A stretch of 62,209 bases of DNA, counting the filler, from Chiloscyllium plagiosum (Eukaryota), in NCBI RefSeq assembly GCF_004010195.1. It is 3 parts of one record of this genome, joined end to end, with 100 filler letters (N's around TTAATTAATTAA, not from the genome) between each part and the next. Parts side by side here need not be neighbours in the genome. Positions count along the whole stretch, not along the records: positions 45,825 to 62,209 come from NC_057712.1; 2 more parts are not named here. One strand, written 5' to 3'. The position numbers and the translations under genes are program-made. This document shows positions 50,979-59,940 of the stretch, in pieces (the stretch's first letter is position 1; each line of letters begins with the position of its first letter). The notes under the pieces were generated by a model, which saw nothing but the letters and a program-made list of their open reading frames with translations, did not search any database and was not told where the DNA came from.

Positions 50979-51402
50979 TAATAGTGTTTGGTTTTAGAAT
51001 TGAAAGGATATAGTGTTTTGTATATTTGCCAATAAAGACACCATAGATGAACATTTGCTGATAGGTGAACAAGTGTTTTGAATGAGATATTTTCTTTGGA
51101 TTTTGAAGCTTGTGTTGGCCTTAAGGAGGCTAATGGAATGCTGTCTTTTACTATAAGAGGAATTGAACATGAAAGTTAAGATGCTATGCTTCAGTTATGC
51201 AGGGCATTGGTGGGACCACATTCAAATGCTGTGTGCAGTTTAGTCTCCTTATTTAAGGAAGATGTAAATATGTCAGAGGTGATTCAGAGAAGGTTCATTG
51301 AAATCTGCAATCAGTTTTCTGAGGCAAGGTTGGACAGACTGGACTTGTTTCCACTGGTGTTCAGAGAGTGATGAGTGACTTGATTAAAGTATATAAGAGT
51401 GC

Positions 51403-51770
51403 AACAGGTCAGGCAGCATCCAAAGAGCAGGAGAATCGATGTTTCGGGCATGAGCAGTTCTCACTTTCTCCTAGAAGATTTTAACCTACTGCGAATCCTC
51501 TTGCAAGGATGCCTTCCTTGAAAAAGCTCTCTTCCTCCCTCTACAAGGATTTCAGTGAGTCCCTCTCTCACTGCACCCCCCAGGTCATCTCCTCCGCCCA
51601 GAAGCTCTTCAGCCACGTTCTCAAACAGACTCGCTACCACAGCCACATCTCCTTCCTCAGCACCTGCCTACGGAACCGACGAAGAAGGGCTCATGCCCGA
51701 AACGTCGATTCTCCTGCTCCTTGGATGCTGCCTGACCTGCTGCACTTTTCCAACAACACATTTTCAGCCC
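51403..51770 (+). mobile_element. Internally deleted PLE: inverted tail piece, ORF N-terminus, then hammerhead and tail
   Basis: 51403-51457 is the reverse complement of the 51688-51738 tail; ORF start MPSLKKL..YHSHISFLSTCLRN joins directly to GAAGAAGGGCTCATGCCCGAAACGTC. Confidence 0.75.
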
Positions 51771-52020
51771 CTCTCTGAAATGACATCTTAAATAAACTGC
51801 AAGAGATTTTACTTATTCTGACAAATTTTGATCATATCTTTACATATTTGGTGTGAACTGCCATTTTGACATACTGTCCTAATTATGTGGATCACTGTGG
51901 GAATTCAGCCTATGCACCTCCACAGAGACACCTTGTACATGGTACGTGGAATTTGGAGCACAAACCGATCAGCCATGATCTTAATAGTGTAGCAGGGTTA
52001 AGGGGCTGAATGGCATACTT

Positions 52021-52616
52021 AGTGGAGTCGCAGGTAGAAAGGATAGTGAAGAAAACATTTGGTGTGCTTTCACTTATTGGTCAGAGTATTGAGTACAGGA
52101 GTTGGGAGGGTATTGGGAAGATGTTGTAAAATTTGAAAGTATCAGAAAAGATTTACAAGGATTTTGCCAGAGTTGAAGAGTTGAACGATAGGGAGAGGCT
52201 GAATAGTCTGGGGCTGTTTTCCCTGGAGGGGTGACCTTGTAGAGGTTTATAAAATCATGAGGGGCTTGGATAGGATAAGTAGACAAAGTATTTTCCCTGG
52301 GGTGGGGGAGTCCTGAACAAGAGGACACAGATTTAGGATAAGAGGAGAAAGTTATAAAGGGGACCTAAAGGGCAACTTTTTCATGTAGAGTGTGGTAAGT
52401 GTATGGAATGAGCTGCCAGAGGTAGTGATGGAGGCTGGTACAATTGCAACATTTAAAAGGCATTTGGATGGGTCTATGAATAGGAAGGGTTTGGAGTGAT
52501 ATGGGGGCCAAGTGCTGGCAAATGCGACTAAATTAGATTACAATATCTGGTCGGCATGGGCGATATGGACCAAAGGGTCTGTTTCTATGCTGTACATCTC
52601 TATGACTCTATGACTC
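52021..52616 (+). mobile_element. CR1 3' end
   Basis: Typical 3' ORF2 remnant and (CTATGACT)n tail. Confidence 0.85.
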
Positions 52617-53869
52617 ATTGTTTTTAAAAAAAAACATGCCTTGCTTTAAGGCACAAATGCCCAAAAGGAACAGCAAGAGAGCCAGGGCCAACAAAGGAAA
52701 CTAAAGATAACGTTTTATGAAAGAGAGAGGCTTAGATAGCCGTCAAAACAATTGGAAGCCAGAGGATTGTGACAAAAGTAGAATTCAATAATGAAAGACA
52801 AAGATATTGAGAAGAACAGAATAGGATTGTAAACAGCAAGGAAAATAAAAATGGATTGTATCAGCTTCTATAGGTATGCAGAAAGTGAAATGATAATTAG
52901 CAAAGCCAACGAGAGTCTGTTATAAATTGAGACAGATAATTGATAACAGCAAGTAGAGAAATGACCGAGAAGTTAAATAAGTACTGTTTCTGTCTTCACA
53001 GAGGAAGACACAAGAAATCTTCCTGAAGTAGTTAAGATCCAAGGATCTAATGAAAGTATGGAATTGAAGGAAATCTGTTTTTTTTTTTAAAAAGTGGTAT
53101 TGGAGAAATTAATGGGACTTAAATTTAACCCTTGCATTTTACAGCAAGAATACAATAAAATACAGTGAAAAGCTTTCACTTGTTGCCATGAAATGCCACC
53201 ATTTTGAATAACTTAAGAATAAGGGTAAAAAAAAGATATAGCTTGAAGAGAGTCCATCAGTCATGAGCTAGCTTATCACTGTCAATGACACCAACACCAC
53301 CATCTCTCTGCCGCCATCTATACCAGACCCAACCAACACTGAAGTTGCTAATCTTTAGGCACCATTTTTGCCGCTGGGTTAATACTCCACCACTGCCCAC
53401 TCTGAACCAACCGATGTCACAGAGGCGTCTCTCTCCACTGGGCCTTACTCAATGATTTTGCCATGGTGCCCTTCTGCCACCACTTTGCCACTGCCACCAA
53501 TGCTGGACCCAAGTGGCTGATCCTTGGGCACTATCCTTTACTGATGTCCTCTCTGCTGATTGTAGCAGCTGCCGATTTCAGGTCCTGTGCTTACTTTGGA
53601 AAGGCAAGTAGGAGCTCACTCTCCTCCGTACTGGGCCCAGCTCGAGACCATTTGAGATTCGTATGCTGGGTCCATGCACTAGGTTCTCACTGTACAAACT
53701 CAGGACAAGGTACATAAGTAAGAAAAAAAGAAAAGAGATGGGAAGAGGAAAAAATAGCAAAGTGGTCAGAGTGGATGAGCTCCAACAGAGGAGCCCTATT
53801 CTGCCACCATCATGGACCCACAGTTAACCTGTCGAGAATCAGTAAGTGGAGTAAGCAGGGGAGGTAGTC

Positions 53870-54102
53870 AGAGAGGTCAAAACATTTGGCGCTGGAAGCA
53901 CAGCAGGTCAGGCAGCAACCGAGGAGCAGGACAGCCGACGTTTGGGCATAAGGTTTTCATCAGGAATGTTGGGGGGGTTGTGGTGGGGGAGGGGAGTTGG
54001 GCGGAGGGGGCTGGCTAGTGCTCCAAATAAACCTATTGGACTATAACCTGGTGTTGTCATTTTTAACTTTATCCACCCCAGTCCAACACCGGCATCTCCA
54101 AG
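53870..54102. mobile_element. Two PLE tail fragments in opposite orientation abutting the ERV
   Basis: 53870-54015 is a minus-strand tail; 54015-54102 is a plus-strand tail ending CCAACACCGGCATCTCCA as at 30635-30657. Confidence 0.7.
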
Positions 54103-54103
54103 T

Positions 54104-55533
54104 TATAAGATCAGAGAGCAAAAGCAAGAAGAGCTGAAACATGAGATGAGTGTGTTGCATGGGCTAAGGGAACAAAATGCAATTGAGGGATACTCATTGC
54201 GATACGAAAGGAGGGCTGAAGAGAAAAGCAGTGAAAGTGACAGAGAGCAAGCAGAAAGGGATGATGAGAGACAAGGAAAGAAAAAGGCCCCAGTACCTAA
54301 AGAATGGGAGGAATTAGAAATAGCGTCGGACTCAGAGCCTGAGGGGGAATTATTGAGAAGCAGTGTCGGTAAACGGAAAAAGGGCCAACAGGGAAGGATG
54401 CTACCACTCCTTATAAAAGAGGGGAGAAACCCACAATACATTCCTTGGGGAACTCAGGATCTGGAAAGGCTGAAGAATGCGCTGCCCAGTTTACATGAGG
54501 GAGCAGGAAAGTGGATCAGGGCTTTTGAAGATGAAACCACAGGGCAATTGCTGGCTATAGGAGACTTGAAGGCACTGCTGGTGAGGTTGGTAGGACTCCC
54601 AAAGCTAAAGGAAATAATGGTCCAAGCCAATTTGAAAAATGTGGCAGACAATCCCATGATTAATGGAGTCAGGTTTGATCGAGTGAGACAGAATGTATGA
54701 CAGACCTTAAGAGACTGCTATTCACTCAAAATGGACCCCTGGGCTCTGAGAGGGGATCCACTGGGAGAAAGTGAAAACCCGGCTGTTTATTTAGAGAAAC
54801 AGTTAAAGAAGTGGAGGCTGGAAACAGAGCAATCATAGAGACTAATCAGTTGCTGACCACAATGTTCCGAAATTTCATCATTGAGGCAATGCTCTCACAA
54901 GTCAGGTCAAGGCTGGAGGAGTGGGTGGGTCTGACATCATCAATGAGCCACCAGGAATTTAGAGATCCTGTTGCTCATGCAGTTGAAAGGTTTCGAAAAG
55001 ACAAAGAGAAACTGTTTGAACAGCAGGAGGAGGTGCAAAGGAAGCTGGCACAAATGCAGTGCGAAGGGCTTAAAAAGAAAGAAAAAGAGAAGACTAAAAA
55101 GGTGTTGCCAGTAAGCACCGACACAATAATCAACACTGGCGTGGACCAAGTACCGGAGCAAGGGGGGTCCTATCAGGTAGCCAGACAGGGACCAAGTTCC
55201 ATGCCAGCAACGGAGATTTTTAGAGAAGCTTTCCCACAGGTGACGTATCTGGGGGAGGGCACATTTAAACAACAGCATAAACAGAACTGGAATCCCCAAG
55301 GACAGGGATGTAGGAATGGGGGACTAAGGTACATGATAAATAATCAGGCTCAAGGGGGGCCAGAAATGATGTGCTGGGGATGCCATCAACCAGGCCACTT
55401 TAGGAGGAATTGCCCTTATTGGATCGGGCCCTCTCTGCCCCAAAGCGGGCCTAGACAGCAGGAATCCCCAGTGGCCACTTCCCAGACACCCACAGGCCCA
55501 GCAGGACCTGTTAACCCATTTGGGATGTGTTAG
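54104..55533 (+). pseudogene. gag: Retroviral gag (N-terminus missing, stop at 54698, frameshift near 54830)
   Basis: YIPWGTQDL..LP.L.EGAGKWI capsid-like block, ESENPAVYL MHR-like block, CCHC knuckle CWGCHQPGHFRRNC. Confidence 0.88.
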
Positions 55534-57336
55534 GGATGCCCTGAGAATCTGGGTGGGAAGGGGCACTACCCTGTAGTAGCATGGGAGGCTGATCAAGAAC
55601 CAGTAATGCAAGTTAATATAGAAGGGCGGCAGACACCGGTGGTGATAGATACTGGAGCTACATACACTTGTGTACAGCCGCGGTATGTCTCTCACCTTCC
55701 CATGTCAAGTAAATTTGTTAAAACTGTAGGGTTCTCAGGAAAATCACAGTTAACCCGATTTACAGCTCCAGTAAGATTAGAAATGGAAGATAGGGTGATA
55801 GTTCTGCCAATATTAGTGTCTAAAGACACGCCAATTAACTTGTTAGGTAGGGATGCTTTACTACAGTTAGAGGTAAGATTGGAGTGCACACAGCAGAGCT
55901 TGGTCATAGAAAAGACCAATACACAATTAGTGATGCAAGAAATTAAAGATGTTAATGTTTATTGGATAGGGGATATAGCAAGTGATATTCAAGACATTTG
56001 GGGGATGTGGGAAGCAGAAGTGTTGGCGATGTTGACTAAAGCAAAATCACCTAAGTCTGAGCTGCACTGTACAGTGATATTTGATGAGTCTCAGGATGAG
56101 GTGTTAGAGAAGCAGTGGCAGCAGGAAGTCACTGCTCTGCAACATTTGGGAAGTGAAGCAATAGTATTAGGGGAGCAGGGAGTGATCCTGCAAATAGAGA
56201 GAAATGTGTTCCTGGAAAAGTGGTATAGAGTACCAGGTGCCGCACCACATGCAACCTTACTGATAAATAAGGGATATCAATCTAAAGACTTAGGACCTAT
56301 GGCCAGGCATGTAGAAACAGTCAGGGAATGGCATATGCTCACGACAGGGGTTTGGGAATCTGGGGATGGCAGCTATATTAAAATCCGAGCATGCTGCAAC
56401 TTGACAGAGAATCCGAAGGAAGTCAAGGTAACACTCCAGCGGAGCATGCCAGTGACAGTGGAGGAAGGTGATCGGTATGGTACTGAGCAATTGGATGCAT
56501 TACCTGCCACTTTGGGGTCACAGCATGGTACAGATGTGGGGAGAGTGAAATCAGCTAGCCCAGTGGAAGAAAGGTTGAAACCAGGAGCTGGGACAGTAGT
56601 GAAATTTCTGACGAATGAAGTTATCCTAAGGTTTGGTATACTGTTGGAAATTAGTTCAGGCAATGGGTCTGCCTTCATTCAGAAAGTAGTTAAGATGGTG
56701 CTGCAGTCTTTGAGAATCAAACAGAGATTTGGGTGCACGAATCATCTGCAGTCACAGGGTATAGTGGAAAGGATGAATGAGATATTGAAAGCCAAATTAA
56801 ACAAATTATGCACAAGCACCAACCTTAATTGGGTTGATGCGCTGGTGCTAATGAGTTATCGCGTGCAAACTAATCACATGACCAACCTACCACCACATGA
56901 GATGCTCACAGGTAGACCTATGCCAGTGCCCAGATGGAGAGGTCCATATGAAGGGCTTAGCTTGGAATGGTTAAGCTTAGAACTTGAGCAATATAAGCAG
57001 CAGCTAACTATGATACATGAGACTATCCACCTGCAGGAAACACGAAGGGAACCGACACCTGTCATCGAGGAAGGACCTATTAAGCCCGGGGATTGGGGGT
57101 ATGTGCTGGTTTTCCGAAGACGCTGGAATGAGCTGAGGAGAGAGGAACCTTTCGGAGTGACTAAGGCATCACCTACCGCCATCCAAGTGGAAGGACGACA
57201 CATATGGTACCACCTTAATCACTGTACTAAAGCTCTCCCACCAGGAAAAACTAAGTCTAACACTGAGGTAAGTGGAGGTGAGGCTGAGGAACTTGGACAC
57301 GGGCAGTCCACACAGGAGGCTAATACACCTCAGTAG
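55534..57336 (+). CDS. pol: Open pro-pol remnant: aspartic protease, 2H phosphoesterase-like domain, RT N-terminal stub, integrase core and C-terminus
   Basis: DTGA (55648) and LLGRD; LHCT (H at 56065) and PHAT (H at 56248); TDVGRVKSA.PV...LKPG; EVILRFG..ISSGNGSAF..QSQGIVERMN. No LPQG or YxDD motif. Confidence 0.88.
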   Translation, partial: GCPENLGGKGHYPVVAWEADQEPVMQVNIEGRQTPVVIDTGATYTCVQPRYVSHLPMSSKFVKTVGFSGKSQLTRFTAPVRLEMEDRVIVLPILVSKDTPINLLGRDALLQLEVRLECTQQSLVIEKTNTQLVMQEIKDVNVYWIGDIASDIQDIWGMWEAEVLAMLTKAKSPKSELHCTVIFDESQDEVLEKQWQQEVTALQHLGSEAIVLGEQGVILQIERNVFLEKWYRVPGAAPHATLLINKGYQSKDLGPMARHVETVREWHMLTTGVWESGDGSYIKIRACCNLTENPKEVKVTLQRSMPVTVEEGDRYGTEQLDALPATLGSQHGTDVGRVKSASPVEERLKPGAGTVVKFLTNEVILRFGILLEISSGNGSAFIQKVVKMVLQSLRIKQRFGCTNHLQSQGIVERMNEILKAKLNKLCTSTNLNWVDALVLMSYRVQTNHMTNLPPHEMLTGRPMPVPRWRGPYEGLSLEWLSLELEQYKQQLTMIHETIHLQETRREPTPVIEEGPIKPGDWGYVLVFRRRWNELRREEPFGVTKASPTAIQVEGRHIWYHLNHCTKALPPGKTKSNTEVSGGEAEELGHGQSTQEANTPQ

Positions 57337-57403
57337 GGTTCCGAAAAAGGTACAGGTGAAGTTCTTGGGGATGCTGATCATTCTAAAAATGATTGTGATG
57401 GAG

Positions 57404-59108
57404 ATGTGGAGCATAGTTCTCCTGGCAGCGGGGATGGGGAAGGCATGGGGGATGCCCCTGATACACCCCTCTCTGATGCCAGGCCTGCATACTCAGACTT
57501 GGAGACCATTAACTTGGCAGACCTGGAGTGGTAATGCCAGGGTCACTCAGGCTGGGAGGCAAAGACGTATTAGAAGTGCAGCCCTTGCTGCCCTAACATG
57601 GGTACGCGCCCGTGACAATCACTGGTATCAATGGGCCAACTATATGGCTGTAATGATGGCTAGACAGGACTGTTTCTTGTGTACTAAGGCAACCCCCTCA
57701 TACTATGTTGTCCATATGCCTTATAACTCAACCACCTATACTCAATGGCGTTTGCAACACTCTAGCTGATCTCTTAACCTGGATGATCCATCAACTTACA
57801 GGCAATCCCATTGCCTGTTTTGGTGCCTCCTACTTCAGGCCTCTACGTTCTACGCTGGCAGCAACTCCAGCGATGGTGTGGCTACCAGTAAGACTAATTA
57901 CACGTTCGTGTGGCTGCTTTCAGGATACGGGAAGGGTTGCGTTTTGAATGCTTTAAACGAAATGGCTCCATACCAGTAGGCTATTTTAAGTTTCTTTGTG
58001 GGAATACGATTGAACTCGAAGTGGACACCAAATCTGGGGCTGTTTTAAATTCTCAATACGTCCCACTGGCAGATACTTGGTGGCTGTGTGGTAAGAAAGG
58101 AGGGTTGTGCTCGATGCTGCCTGCCAACTGGAGTGGCAGCTGTGCCCGTGTAATGCTCCTAAATGAGGTAGTAATACTGGCACACGTGCAGCTTGATGCT
58201 ACGTCATAGTCAGCTTTGCGCCGAACTAAGCAACGGTATGTCCCTGATTTGACGATTCGGATTGATCGCATAGGACAGCCAAGAGATATTTCTAATGAGT
58301 TTAAGGCCTGCAATGAGATTGCCACGGGCTGGGAAACTCTCATCCCAGTGATTGGGGTCATCAAGAATGCTGAATGGATGAATTACATTTATTACAATCA
58401 GCAGAGATTTATCAATTATACTGACAATGCCCTTGTAGAATTGGGAAAATAATTGGATGCTACTACTAAAATGACATGGCATTTTCGGAGTCTGAGACTT
58501 AAAGGGTTCTTCCTCCTTTCCTGGGGTCCCTTGGGCCAAAAACCTGCCCTCCAATAACCAGAACAGGAAAAAAGACCCAAGATCCCTCACAATCTTGGAC
58601 CCACGCATTCTTCAGAAGTATCATCGACGTCCCTACGTGGATACTGGCAGAAAAAGGCGGGGTTTGTGTGATGGTTGGGGAGCATTGCTGTACCTTTATA
58701 CCTAACAACACTAGCCCTGGGGGATCTTTTACTAAAGCAATGGAAAAACTAAAGAATCTAAGACAGGAGCTAAAAGACAATGTGGGGTTTGGTCATCGGG
58801 CTTTTGATTGGTTGAATAATATATTAGGGTCTTGGGGAACATGGTTTGTCAAGATTAGTCTTATTGTAGGTGCGGTTTTGCTCGTTGTTGCCTTCGTCTT
58901 TTGTTGTGCCTTACCTTTTATTAAGTCCTTAGTTCACGTCACAACATGGCAACTTGTGATCATTTCAGCTACCCCAGGAAGTGCTTACTCCTTGGCTGGA
59001 ACCCCACCACTCTACTATTATCACCTAACAACCGCCACGGTGCAAGGAATATGTCCCCGTAGGGACGTCGATGATACTTCTGAAGAAAGCGTGGGTCCAA
59101 GATTGTGA
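57404..59108 (+). pseudogene. env: Retroviral env (gamma-type, ERV-PABLB/fish-ERV-like TM), several stops and frameshifts
   Basis: Signal-like MWSIVLLAAGMGKAWG, CFLC (CxxC), WWLCG..LPANWSGSC, basic site RRTKQR, IGQPRD..EFKA.NEIA.GWE..NYIYYNQQRFINYT, CVMVGEHCC (CX6CC), hydrophobic anchor. Confidence 0.9.
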
Positions 59109-59308
59109 GGGATCTTGGGTCTTTTTTCCTGTTCTGGTTATTGGAGGGCAGGTTTTTGGCCCAAGGGACCCCAGGAACGGAGGAAGAACCCTTTAAGTCT
59201 CAGACTCCGAAAATTATTTAGTCCATGTTGGGACCTATATTGTTTGTATTGGGCACAAGAGAGGCTGAGCTTATTGTCTTCTTTCTCTGGGTGAGACCAG
59301 TAGCTCTC

Positions 59309-59321
59309 AAAGGGGGGGAAA
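59309..59321 (+). promoter_or_regulatory. Polypurine tract
   Basis: AAAGGGGGGGAAA downstream of env and immediately before the LTR. Confidence 0.85.
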
Positions 59322-59575
59322 TATGGAAAATAAAGAACATGAAAGCATGAGAAGGGTTAAAGCCTGAAGACCACTGGGAATATGTATTCTGTGGAATGAA
59401 GGCAGGATGGGATAACCATAGCGGAACATTCTTACACCAATTAGCAGAGTAAGGTTAAGGCTGAAAGGTCACGATGACGAGATGAGATAACATAAGTAAT
59501 AAAGCAAGTTTCTCTGTTAAGTGTTATTATGACAGGATTGAGCCAATAAATATTTGGGACATGACATTAAAATAT

Positions 59576-59840
59576 CTAGAATAGATTACTTACAGCGTGG
59601 AAACAGGCCCTTTGGCCCAACAAGTCCACACTGACCCGCAACCCACCCAGACCCATTCCCCTACATTTACTCCCTCACCTAACACTACGGGCAATTTAGC
59701 ATGGCCAATTCACCTAACCTGCACATTTTTGGATTGNACGGGGAGAATGTGCAAACTCCACACAGAGAGTCACCTGAGGCCGGAATTGAACCCAGGTCTC
59801 TGGCACTGCGAAGCAACAGTGCTAACCACTGTGCCACCAT
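59576..59840 (-). mobile_element. HE1-like V-SINE in the LTR (contains a 1-nt N join)
   Basis: Same sequence family as 50657-50978. Confidence 0.88.
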
Positions 59841-59859
59841 ACTAACTAATTAATAGTTA

Positions 59860-59940
59860 CCTGATGAAAGAGCGTCACTCCGAAAGCTAGTGTGCTTCCA
59901 ATTAAACCTGTTGGACTATAACCTGGTGTTGTGTGATTTT
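59860..59940 (+). mobile_element. 81-bp PLE tail insertion starting at a hammerhead core
   Basis: TSD TAATTAATAGTTA at 59847 and 59941; begins C-CTGATGA-AAGAGCGTCACTCC-GAAAGCTA. Confidence 0.85.
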
